DNA from: Octopus vulgaris
Taxonomy: Eukaryota
DNA length: 64,000 bases
Assembly (NCBI GenBank): GCA_951406725.2
Contig: OX597822.1
Span: 93,682,001 to 93,746,000 of the forward strand
Direction of reading: 5' to 3'
Shown here: piece by piece, positions 41,401 through 53,869 of the stretch
Numbering within the stretch: position 1 is the first letter of the stretch
How the letters are laid out: every line of letters starts with the position of its first letter
Made by a program: the position numbers and the translations under genes
The notes under the pieces: model-generated
Seen by the model: only the letters and a program-made list of their open reading frames with translations
Databases searched by the model: none
Told to the model about the DNA's origin: nothing

Positions 41401-44400
41401 GCCTGTATGCAATATATGCCTACTGCCCCTATATACATTATATAGGTCTCTGAGCCTATATACAGTATGTATACGCCCTGGGATCATATAGTGTATATAG
41501 GGACAAGTGCCTGTATAGTGCAGGCCTCCTGGTCCACTATACACTATAAGCCCCCTAGGCGTGTATACATTAAATAGGTCGCTGAGTGTATATACAATAT
41601 ATACGCCCATAGGCCTATATACACTATATAGGCCTCTGGGCCTATATACTCTATATAGTGTGTATTAGTCAATGGTGTCTGTATAGCCTATATAGGCCCA
41701 CCAGGGTCTATATTGCCTCTAAAAAAACTGGGCTGAAAATTTTCAAAATATTTTCAATTGAATTCCTTGAAATTACTGAAAACCTTTTCAGAGGCATTTG
41801 ATGAAAAATTGCATAAATATATAGGCCCCCGGGGCCTATTTAGGCTATTTAGACCCCCTCGCGGGATTATATAACCTATATAGGCCCAGGATCCTATGCA
41901 ATCTATATAGGCCCCTACTCGGCGTATATGGTCTATATTGGCACCAATGGTCATAAATAGCTTATATAGTCTCCTAAGCAGACTCTAGGAATACCTGGGC
42001 TTATATTGCTACTTCTGCACCTGTATAGGATTTTGTGTATTTGCCCAGGGTGGCTGTATAGCCTATAAAGGCCCACCAGGATCTACAATGGCTGAACCTA
42101 TACAAGCTTCTAAAAAAAATTGGGCCTATATTGCACCTGTATCGAGTTTGGATGAAAATTTTCAAAATAACTTTCAATTGATTACTTTGAAATTTCTGAA
42201 AAACTTTTCAAAGGAATATGATGAAAAATTGCAAAAATATATTCTCCCACGTGCCCTATTTAGGCTATTTAGAACCCCCTCTCACCCAGTACTATATAAC
42301 CTATATAGGCCCAGGGTTCTATACAATCTATATAGGCCCCTACTCGGCCTATATAGTCAATATTGGCACCCATGGGTAAAAATAGCTTATATAGTCCCTA
42401 AGCAGATATTAGGAATACATGGCTTATATTCCAACATTTGCACCTGCATAGATAGGATTTTGATGAATATTTTGAAAATGCTTTCAAAAGAATTTTATGA
42501 AAATTTTGAAAAATATTTCAATGGAATTTGATGAAAATTTTCAAAACTTTCCAAAGTGTTCCATGCAAATTCTGAAAATAATTTCAGAACAGTTTCACGA
42601 AAAGTTTGATAAAGCTTTTCAGTGTTTCGCGAAATTTTTTCAAAATTTTCATTGAATTCCTATGAAAAGTTTGTCGAAATTTTCACCAAAATACTCTAAA
42701 TGTTTTTCAAAATATTCATCACAATCCTCTAAAAGTTTTTCAAAATTTTCACCAAAATCTTCTAAAGCTTTTCAAAATTTTCATGAAACTCCTTTTGAAA
42801 ACTTTTTCAAAAATTGTTTTTCAAACTCCTTAGATGTGTGTTTCAAAATTTTCATCAAATTCCTATGAAAAGAATTTCAAAATTTTCCCCAAAATCCTCT
42901 AAATGTTTTCTAAATTTTCATCAAATACCTTTGAAATGTTTTTTAAAACTTTCACCAAAATCCTCTAAAAGTTTTTCAAAATTTTCATCATATTCCTTAG
43001 AAACGTTTTCAAAATTTTCCTCACATTCCTTTCAAAGGATTGTCAAAATTTTCACCAAAATCCTCTAAAAGTTTTTCAAAATTTCCATCATTTTGTTTAG
43101 AAAACTTTTTCAAAATTTTCCTCAAATTCCTTTGAAAAGTTTGTCACAATCTTCATCAAAATCCTCTAAAAGATTTTTAAAAATTTCATCAAATCTATAT
43201 AGGGACAGGTATATAACTATATAGACCACCTGGTCCAATATAGTGAATATAGGCACCTGGTCCTATATACAGTATACAGTATACAGTATACAGTATAGGC
43301 CCCCGGACCTATACACACTATGTAGGCACTCGGGCCTATATAGTGTATATACATTATATAGGCCCCTTGATATTTATAGTGTATATAGGGACAAGGGCCT
43401 TGATAGTCTAGGCCCCCCCCGAGTCCAATATACACTATTGGTACCCCCTGGGCCTGTATTCAATATATAGGCCCCGGAGTCTATATACACTATATAGGCC
43501 CATGGGCCTATATAATGTATATAGGGACAGGGGCCTGTATAGTCTCTATAGGCATCCAGGGCCTGTATGCACTATAGGCCTCCTGGGCCTATATATATAT
43601 TATATGGACCTCTGGCACTATATACAGTGCATAGGACCGTGTGCCTATATAGTGTATATAGGGATAAGTGCCTGTATAGTGCAGACCCCTGGTCCAGACT
43701 AAAAGCCCCCTTGGCGTGTATACATTAAATAGGTCTCTGATTCTATATACACTATATAGGCTGTGGAGCTATATACACTATATAGTGTATTTTAGCCCAC
43801 GGTGCCTGTATAACCTATATAGGCCCACTATGGCCTATATTGACTGAGCCTATATAACCTCTGAAAATAAAGCTAGGCCTATATTGCAACTTCTGCACCT
43901 GTGTAGGATTTGGATGAAACTTATCAAAATATTTTCAAATAATATACTTGAAATTACTGAAAAACTTTTCAAAGGAATTCGATGACAAATTAGGCTAAGT
44001 AGACCCCCTCCCCCCGCTATTATATAACCTATATAGGCCCAGGGTCCGATGGAATCTATACAGGCCCCTACACGGCCTCCATGTGTATAAATAGTTTATA
44101 TAGTCTCCTAAGCAGACTCTATGAAGACCTGAGCCGATATTGCAACTTCTGCACCTGTATAGGATTTTGATGAATATATTGAAAAACTTTTCAAAGGAAT
44201 TTGATGAAAATTTTCAAAAGTTTCCAAAGTGTTCCATGAAAACTGAAAAAAATTTCTGATGAAAATTTTTATAAAACTTTTCAGTGTTTCACAAAATTAT
44301 TTTCAAAATTTTCATTGAATTGCTTTGAAAAGTTTTACAAAATTTTCATTAAATTCCTTTGAAATGTTCTTCAAAGTTTTCCGCAAATTCCTTTGAAAGG

Positions 44401-46995
44401 TTGTCAAAATCTTCACCAAAGTCCGCTAAAGGTTTTTCAAAATTTTCATCAAATTCCTTTCAAAAAATTTTTTAAAAGCATCATAAAATTCCTTAGAAAA
44501 GTTTGTCAAAAGTTTCCCCAAATTCCTTTGAAAATTTTTTCAAAATTTTCACCAAAATCCTCTAAAAGATTTTCAAAATTTTCCTCAAATTCCTTTGAAA
44601 ATTTTTTCAAAATTTTCACCAAAATCCTCTAAAAGATTTTCAAAATTTTCCTCAAATTCCTTTGAAAAGTTTTTCAAAATTTTCATCGAATCCATATAGG
44701 GACAGGGGCCTGTATAATCTATGTGGGCCACCTGGTGCAATATAGTGTATATAGGTACCCTCAGCCTATATACACTCTAGGCCTATACACATTATATAGG
44801 CTCCTGGGCCTGTATAGTCTATATACGTCCCCTGCTCCAATATAGTGTATATAGGAACCCTTTGACTATATACAATATAGGCACCCTGTACCTATATACT
44901 TTATATAGGTTGCTAGGCCTATATAGGGACAGTGGCCTGTCCAGGCCCCCTCTTCCTGTATTCATTATATAGGCCCCTGAGTCTATATAAACTACATAGG
45001 CCCATGGGCGTATATACACTATATAGGCCCTGGGCCTACATAATGTATATAGGGACAGGGTTCTGCATAATCTATATAGGCATGCAGTCCCTTTATGCAC
45101 TGGGCCTATATACATTATACTTGGCCTATATAGTCTATATTGGCACCCATGCGTATAAATAGCTTATATAGTCTCCCAAGCAGACTCTAGGAACACCTGG
45201 GCCTACATTGCTACTTCTGCACCTGTATAGGATTTTGATGAAGATTTTAAAAAAAATTTTAAAAGGAATTTCATGAAACTTTTGAAAAACATTTCAATGG
45301 AATTTTATGAAAATTTTCAAAACTTTCCAAAGTGTTCTTTGAAAATTCTGAAAAATTTTCAGAAGAGTTTGATGAAAATTTTGATAAAACTTTTCAGTGT
45401 TTCACGAAACTTTTTTCAAAAATTTCATCAAATTCCTTTAAAATGTTTTTTAAAATTTTCATCAAATTCCTTTGAAAGGTTTCTCAAAATTTTCACAAAA
45501 CACCTCTAAAACTTTTTCAAAATTTTTATCATATTCCTCAGAAACGTTTTCCTAAATTTTCCTCCAATTCCTTTGAAATTTCTTTGAAACTTTTCACGAA
45601 AATCCTCTGAAAGTTTTTCAAAAATTTCTTCAAATATGTCGGGACAGGGGGGGTGAACTGTATAGTCTATATAGGGCCTTGGTCCAATATAGTGTATAGA
45701 GGCAACCTTGGACTATATACACTATAGTCCGCCTGGCCTATACACATCATAAAGGCCCTAGGCCTATATACGCTATATAGACCACTGGGTCTATATAGTG
45801 TATATAGGGACAATGCCACTGGGTCTATATAGTGTATATAGGGACAATGCCCGGTCCAATATACACTATAGGACCCCTGGGCCTGTATTTATTATATAGG
45901 CCCCAAAGTCTATATACACTAAATAGGCCCTGGGCATATATAATGTATATAGAGACAGGTTTCTGTATATTCTATATAGGCATGCAGTGACATGCATTAT
46001 AGGCATGCATTATAAACCCCCTGGGCCTACATACATTTTATAGGCCTCTGGGCCTATATACAGTATATAGGCCACTTGGCCTCTAGAGACTATATAGGGA
46101 CAAGTGCCTGTATAGAGCAGGCCCATGTGTCTATATACACTATATAGGCCTCCTGGCTTATAAACACTATATAGTGTATATTAGCCCGGGGTTCCTGTAT
46201 AGACTATATAGGCCCACCAGGGCAGATTCCTTAAAAATGTTTTTTAAAATGGTCATCAAATTCCTTTGAATGGTTTTTCAAAATTTTCATCAAATTCCTT
46301 TTATAAGTTTGTCAAAATTTTCAACAAAATCCTCTAAAAGTTTTTCAAAATTTTTATCATATTCCTGAGAAAACTTTTTAAAAATTCTCCTCCAATTCGT
46401 TTGAAAAGTGTGTCAAAATTTTCACGAAAATCCTCTAAAAGTTTTTCAAACTTTTCATCAAATTCCTTTGAAAAGTTTTTCAAAATTTTCACCAAAATCC
46501 TCTGAATGTTTTTCAAAATTTTCCACAAAATTCTTTGGAAAATTTTAAATAATTTTTACCAAAATCATCAAAAAGTTTCTCAAAATGTTCATCAAATCTA
46601 TATAGGGACAAGTATAGTGTATATAGGCACCCTGGGCCTATAACACCATAGGTCCCCTGCGTCTATACAATTTATATAGGCCCCTGGGTCTATATACACT
46701 ATGTAGGCCGCTGGGCGTATAAAGTGTATATAGGGAGAGGGCCTGTATAGTTCTTATACGTCCCCTGCTACAATATAGTGTATATAGGCACCCTGTACCC
46801 ATATACAATATAGGCACCCTGTATACACTATATACACTATATAGGCACACTGTATACACTATATAGGAACCCTGTATACACTATATACACTATATAGGCC
46901 CCTGGGCCTATATATACACTATATAGTAGAAAACTTTTTCAGAATTTTCATCAAAATCCTCTAAGTTTTTCAAAATTTTCATGAAATCTATGTAG
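38460..46995. repeat. Bipartite higher-order macrosatellite: GGGCCTATATA/TATATAGGCCC palindrome blocks alternating with ~31-bp AAAATTTT blocks
   Basis: Anchor AAATAGCTTATATAGTCTCCTAAGCAGA recurs at ~39128, 40506, 41955, 42380, 44087 and 45157. Confidence 0.93.
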
Positions 46996-47002
46996 GGACA
47001 GG

Positions 47003-48958
47003 AGAGAGTGAGATGGAGTGAGATAGACGGAGATAGAGTGACATAGAGTGAGATAGGCGGAGATAGGCGGAGACAGAGAGAGATAGGCGGAGATAGAGTG
47101 AGATAGGTGTTGATAGAGTGAGATAGGCGTAGATAGAGTGAGATAGGCGGAGATAGAGTGAGATAGGCGGAGATAGAGTGAGATAGAGTGAGATAGGCGG
47201 AGATAGAGTGAGATAGAGTGAGATAGGCGGAGATAGGTGGAATAGCATTTTGGGTGATTTCCCAATAATGCTGGGTGTTAAAAAAACACCTGGGAGAGAT
47301 AGCCGGAGATTGCCTGAGATAGCCGGAAATTACCGGAGATTGCTGGAGATTGCCGGAGATAGCCGGAGATTGCCGGAGATTGCCGGAGATGGCTGGAGAT
47401 GGCCGGAGATATGCGGAATAGCATTTTGGGAGATTGCCGGAGATAGCCGGAGATTTCCGAAGATAGCCGGAGATTAGCGGAGATTGTTGGAGATTGTCGG
47501 AGATAACCGGAGATTGCTGGACATTGCCGGAGATATGTGCAATAGTATTTTGGGAGATTTCCCAATAATGCTGGATGTTAAAACACCTGCGAGAGATTGC
47601 AGGAGATAGCCGGAGGTTGCCGAAGATAGCCGGAGATGGTCGGAGATTGACGAAGATGGCCGGAGATGCCGGAGATTGCCGGAGATAGGCGGAATACAAT
47701 TTTGAGAGATTTCCCAACAACACTGGGTGTTAAAACACCTGGGAGAGAGTGAGATAAACGGAGATAGGCGGAGATAGGCGAAATAGCTTTTTGGGAGATT
47801 TCCCAATAATGTTGGGTGTTAAAACACCTGGGAGAGATTGCAGGATATAGACGGAGATTGCCGGAGATTAGCGGAGATAACCGGAGATCACCGGAGATTG
47901 CCGGAGATTGCCGGAGATAGACGGAGATTGCCGGAGATAGACGGAGATTGCCGGAGATAGACGGAGATTGCCGGAGATTGCCGGAGATTGCCGGAGGTAG
48001 ATGGAATAGCATTTTGGGTGATTTCCCAATAATACTGGGTGTTAAAACAACTGAGAAAGAGTGAGATAGACGGAGATAGACGGAGATAGGCGGAATAGCA
48101 TTTTGGGAGATTTCTCGATAATGCTGGGTGTTAAAACACCTGGAAGAGTGTGAAATAGAATGAAATAGGTGGAGATAGGCGGAGATAGAGTGAGATAGGG
48201 CGGAGATAGGCGCAATAGCATTTTGGGAGACTTCCCAATAACGCTGGGTGTTAAAGCACTTGGGAGAGATTGCAGGAGATAGCCTGGAGTTTAACAGAGA
48301 TTGCCGGAGATTTTGAGAGAATTCCCAATAATGCTTGGTTTTAAAACATCTGGAAGAGATTGAGATAGAATGAGATAGGCAGAGATGGGCGGAGATTGAG
48401 TGAGATAGGCGGAGATAGGCGGAATTGCATTTTGGGAGATTTCCCAATAATGCTGGGTGTTAAAACACCTGCGAGAGATTGCAGGAGATAGCCGGAGTTT
48501 GCCGGAGATTGCCGTAGACTGCAAGAGATTGCCGGAGATAGCCGGAGATTCCCGGAGATTCCCGGAGATAGCTGGAGATAGCCGGAGATAGGCGGTGATA
48601 GGCGGAGATAGAGTGAGATAGGCGGAGATTGGCGGAATAGCATTTTGGGAGATTTCCCAATAATGCTTTGTGTTAAAACACCTGGGAGAGAGTGAGATAG
48701 AGTGAGATATGCGGAGATAGATTGAGGTAGGCGGAGATAGGCGGAGATATAGTGAAATAGGCGGAGATAGAGGGAGATAGGCAGAGATAGAGTGAGATAG
48801 GCGGAGATAGAGGGAGATAGGCGGAGATAGAGGGAGATAGGCGGAGATAGGCGGAGATAGGCGGAATAACATTTTGGGAGATTTCCCAATAATGCTGGGT
48901 GTTAAAACACCAGGGAGAAAGTGAGGTAGAGTGAGATAGGCGGAGATAGAGTGAGATT
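47003..48958 (+). repeat. 10-bp GAGAT-based satellite punctuated by a 49-bp double-hairpin repeat (11 near-full copies and 1 half)
   Basis: Repeat AATAGCATTTTGGGAGATTTCCCAATAATGCTGGGTGTTAAAACACCTG at ~47241, 47417 (half), 47541, 47693, 47782, 48005, 48094, 48214, 48310, 48423, 48636 and 48865. Confidence 0.95.
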
Positions 48959-48971
48959 CTCGATTATAAGA

Positions 48972-49200
48972 ATGAAATTATTGTGTACATTGCCCAGGTG
49001 CACTACAACTTGTCAAAAGGACATGTATAGTACATAGAATTATGTACAAATATCAGGAAAGTGAACAGTGTATGAGTCATGATATACATGTGTGCATGCA
49101 TATGGAGGTGGGGATAACAGGTGTAGTGTTGGTGAATTTCAGCATGCATGGAGGTTTTAAAGGATGCTGTGTCTCAGCAGCTAACAACTGATGCAGTTGT
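48972..49200 (-). mobile_element. CR1 3' end (diverged)
   Basis: Reverse complement of the CR1 3' region seen at 51350-51550. Confidence 0.75.
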
Positions 49201-49222
49201 TCTATGACACTGTTCTCTTTCT

Positions 49223-49972
49223 GGCACGCCGGGCGAAATCCTTAGCGGTATTTCATCTGCCGTTACGTTTTGAGTTCAAATTCCGCCGAGGTCGACTTTG
49301 CCTTTCATCCTTTCGGGGTCGATAAATTAAGTACCAGTTACGCACTGGGGTCGATGTAATCGACTTAATGCGTTTGTCTGTCCTTGCTTGTCCCCTCTGT
49401 GTTTAGCCCCTTGTGCGTAGTAAAGAAATCTTGTACCTTGTAGGTATGCCCTGATACCTCATTTTTATACCCATGTATATCTTCCACAGCAAGAAACCTA
49501 CTTTAGCCCCTCCACATGAGGCACAAAACCATCTTCCTCAATATTGTACCCCTTCTGTCAAAGGGTCTTGTCTTATGAGTTACTTGGTGACCCCACTAGA
49601 GCCGGTGTCATGAAAAAAGCGCCCAGTACATTGGATAGTGGTTGGTGTTATGAAGGGCATCCAGCCATAGAAACATTGCCAATGCAGATACAAGAGCCCA
49701 ATGCAGCCCTCAGGCCAGCTGAATCCTGCCAAACTGTCCAAACCATGTCAGCATGGAACATAGATATTAAATGATGGTGATGAAAAGCAATAGCACATTT
49801 ACACACATTGAGGTGCAGGTGTGGCTGTGTGGTAAGAAGCCTGCTTCTCAATCTTATCTTCTAGGTTCAGTCCCACTGTGTGGTACCTTAGCCAAGTGTT
49901 TCCTATCGAAGCCTCAGGCCAACCAAGGCCTTGTGAGTGGATTTGGTAGATGGAAACTGAAAGAAACAACAT

Positions 49973-50028
<56 letters not shown>

Positions 50029-50240
50029 TTTGTGCGTTTGTTTGTCCCCTGCCAGTGTGTCAACTGGTGATGATGTGTTTGCATCCCCATAACTTAGCAG
50101 TTCAGCAAAAAAAAATCAATAGAATAATTACCAGGCTTTAAAAAAGTTCTGGAGCTGATTCGTTCAACTAAAAAATTCTTCAAGGTGGTGCCCCAGCATG
50201 GCCATAGTTTAATGACTGAAATAAGTAAAAGATAAAAGAT
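49223..50240 (+). mobile_element. SINE A (49223-49430), RTE-tail SINE remnant (~49560-49780) and CpG-decayed SINE B (49810-50240)
   Basis: Homology to other copies in the window. Confidence 0.8.
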
Positions 50241-51039
50241 TTGAATATATATATTTATTTTAATAATATATTATTATTAATATCAGGAAATCAATATTAG
50301 AAAATTCTTCAGAAAAGTACATACGTGTGTAAAATAATTGTTATATTAAAAATATACAAATATGTATAAAAATATATGTAAATATGTATAAGTATAAATA
50401 TATAATGTATATGACAGTTTAAAAGTTTTGAATGAAGTATTTAAAGCATCTTACGATCGTTTCACAGAAGTGCGGTGTTTAAAGGAGTCGTTCATTCGTC
50501 ACCTGCCCTTTCGCACGGTCGTTCTACAAGTGGTGACTCCTCGTTCTTCAAATCGATTATCGTGTGAACTTCATTAGCTTACAGGTGTTTCCACTCTAAG
50601 ATGCGGTGGACTCAAAGTTGGCTCAAAATTCGAATTGTGTATGTCAAATTTCTATAATAATAACTGCTCATTTATTGTAAATTTGATAATTTCAGTCGTG
50701 AGAATCAGTATTTAGATAATTATTTTCCAAGTTAGAAATTAATGTCGTCGAAATTTAGTTTTCGTAGGCGATTACAAAGCTGATTGCTTTCACTACATTC
50801 TCGCAATTCTAGTTTTAATTCATTTAACGGGATTGTCACTTATGTTAAAAATGTTAGATCTTATAATCAGTTTATTCAGTCGAGTTACTAATAGCTATTA
50901 TCTCTTTCATGAAAAAAAAAATTAAAATAAAATAAAAAAGATTTCGGGTAAAACTGCTGAAAATCACTGTGACAAGACTCAATCATTTCTATGAAGTCCT
51001 AATCAAGCAAAAGCTTAACCCTATTTAAATTCCCGAATT

Positions 51040-51553
51040 TCAATTCTGGAAACCGTTCAGCGACGTGCAACCAAGAGAATACCCTCCTTCAGGCATTTGC
51101 CATATTCTAAACGCCGTACTTCCCTGGGCATTGACACATTGGAACTCCGACGTCTGGCAGCTGACTTGGCAGACACCCATAAAATTATTAACCATCTTAC
51201 TAACAATAACTCTGGGCACCTTTTCAAACTCCATCTGTCTAACACTCATGGACATGTTTACAAAGTCAGAAAACAGCACAGCCCTCATGACTTTCGGAAA
51301 CATTTTTTCACGCTAAGAGTTGCTGAAGTATGGAACAAACTGCCGGCATCAGTTGTTAGTTGTCGGAGCACTGCATCCTTCAAAACTTCCATGCTTTCTG
51401 AGATTCGCCAACACTACACCTGATTTTCTCCCCTCCATACACACGCAAGCATGTATCTGACTCATACACTGTTCACTTCCCAGACATTTGTACGTTACTG
51501 CATATGCTTTATATGCACTTTTGACAAGTTGTGGTGCACCTGAGCACTGTATA
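51040..51553 (+). mobile_element. CR1 LINE 3' fragment
   Basis: LETVQRRATKRIPSFRHLPYSKR...LELRRLAADL...RKHFFTLRVAEVWNKLP, followed by the 3' UTR. Confidence 0.9.
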
Positions 51554-53684
51554 AACTGTAGAAACAGACCCAACAAATGTCCCCTTTCCAGACCAAATCA
51601 GCTCGGATTGTGCGAGCACTGATAGCGAGAAAGGGAGGGGATGGCACACAGTGCCACCGAAAAAGAAAATAAGAAAGAAACAAAAAGAAACACATGACAC
51701 ACTGGGGAGGCGCAAACAATTAGAGCTTCCTAACATCAACAGTAACAACATGCACTCACAACAACAACAATTAACACCACCTTCTCCACCAGTACGGCTA
51801 CACACACCAACACACATAGACACCACCAACACCGTTACAGCAAAAAACACGAACAATGAACAGATAGTAACATACCTGAAAAACATCACAGACACAAAAC
51901 TGTCAGATTTTATTATACCCACGCACAATACACCACCAGCATACATACTTACATTTAAAATCACACAAGACAATTATAATAAAATCAAGGAGAAATTCCC
52001 AAACGATGTTGGGTCGCTAGGGAGAAATTTCTCAAAAAAACTCTACATAAACCTGGTGGAAACACCCGTGCAAAAGCACAAGGGAGCCATCCCACCAAAC
52101 AACAACAGTAAGTAGAGCCTTTTTCTCCTTAACCTTTTAAAACATGGCAAAACTCAGAATCGGTAAGAGGCCTCGGGTCACCTTGGAAACAGGGTCACCT
52201 GTTAAACGACCTGAGGTCTCATAGAGTGGATGTAGCAGCCATTAGTGAAACCAGGCTCTCCGACCCGCAGGAACTCGCGGCCCTTTTCGGCGGATACGAG
52301 ATTTTTCTATCTCCGTGTCGGCCGGGAGCGGGCGGTGGTGGTACTGCGGTTTTGTTTCGGAAGGGCCTAGATTTGAAAATAAGGACAGTCTTCCTGGATC
52401 CGGAAGGTAAGTTGGTGGTCCTCGACGTAGACGGTAGTGACGGTGGTGCTTTCAGACTGCTGGCTGCCTACGCCCCGACAGGAGCAGGGCAGTCCGATTA
52501 TTTCAAGCGTCTGGAAGTTTTCTTGGGAACGTCACGCCGCACTCTAGTGCTAGTTGGGGGATCGGAACGCTGTCTTAGACGAACGTTTCGATCGGGTGGG
52601 CACGGGAGCATCCAATAGGAGAGTGGGGTGCAAGAGCCTCGCCAACCTGCTCAGGCGCTTTAAGCTGTCCGACAGGTTTCGACTAGACAACCCGAATGTG
52701 CCAATGTGTACTTGGACTAATCGCATCGGGTCGTCAAGATCGTACTTAGATAGAGTCTTCTGTAGGCCAGCGGATTAGGACAGCATAGAGTGTCCACAAT
52801 TCCACCTAGTCGACTACACGGACCACAAATTCGTGATCTGTACGGTCGACTTAGATAGGCTACATAGACAGGATCCCGGCTACTGGAAGCTGAACGCGTC
52901 GTTAACAGCGTGCAAAGCCTACAGAGACCGGATTAGTTTATTAGTTAAACGAGCGCTCACGGGGGCAATCATCAACAACTGGTGGTTTGCTCTAGAGAGC
53001 AATTAGAGCAGAGTCAATTAGGTTTAGTAAAGCTCTAGCTGTAGAACCTAGGAAAACAGAGCGGGATTTAGTTAGAAAACTAGACGAGGCTCTTGAGACA
53101 GGCATCGCAACCGACGTGTTGGCGGCTAGGTTGGCCCTCAACCATCACTTTGACGCCAAACACGAAGGCTGCGTTGTCAGAGCTAAGGCGCGTTCGCTAA
53201 GCGGGGAGGGAACTAAAGCCGCTCGATGGGCTCGCGTGGTGAAGGCGAAGCGTAGCAACAAAGCGACCATTCGGTCTTTGGTGGACCAGAACGGGCGCGA
53301 GGTTTCCGAACCGAAGCAGATGTGTGCGGTGTTTCAGCGGCACTTTGCTCAACTGTTTGGGGTGAACGGTGGGACGGACAAAGGGACAGACTTCGGTGTG
53401 TACCTGGACGGCCTACCGCAACTCTCGGATGGCGAGGCGGAGTGCTGCGAAAGACCGATATCTGCCTGGCAAGTGGAGGAAGCAATGAAGAGCTGCCCGA
53501 GAGGCAGATCGCCAGGTTTGGATGGTCTGCCCTACGAGCTTTACACTTCAATACCAGACTTGTTTGCGGGACTGTTTGGCAAACGTCTACTGCAACTGGA
53601 AAAAAAAAAAAAACGGGAGAATTCCTGCTTTTGTTTGTCGAGGGGTGGTGGTTTTGCCGAGAAAGGATCCAAACAAGGGGGACG
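51554..53684 (+). mobile_element. Tx1-clade LINE: ORF1 C-terminus and ORF2 (APE endonuclease to the start of RT), truncated
   Basis: ORF2 from ATG 52144: DVAAISET, GGGTAVLF, AYAP, VGD.NAVLD, TWTN...SYLDRV, TDH, PGYWKLNASL, SPGLDGLPYELY; frameshifted. Confidence 0.92.
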
Positions 53685-53807
53685 TTTTTCAATAAAGCCA
53701 AGAGAAAAAGATGTTTTATAAACACATTCTACCAGTATACGAAGTTTAAAATTTTTTTAGTTACCTAGAAATTATGTTAGAAACTGCCGCTCAAACCGAA
53801 AAGATCC
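53685..53807 (-). mobile_element. Half MITE family M fused to the truncated Tx1
   Basis: Only one TIR and ~120 bp are present. Confidence 0.85.
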
Positions 53808-53869
53808 CTAGCTGGTTTTTATTTTTACAAAACGATAAGGCATATTGACGAGTATATTTATTGGTACCT

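Noticed and set aside
38741-46859. FSKFS- and YIGP-rich ORFs
   Set aside because: These are translations of satellite units, with frequent stops and frameshifts.
46908-48889. Long minus-strand ORFs (up to 289 aa, SPAISGNLRQ repeats) as a repeat protein
   Set aside because: They are open in several overlapping frames because the pyrimidine-rich strand lacks stops, and the 10-bp period does not preserve frame.
47241-48913. True CRISPR array
   Set aside because: Eukaryotic context, no cas genes, and spacers are variable-length tandem decamers rather than unique sequences.
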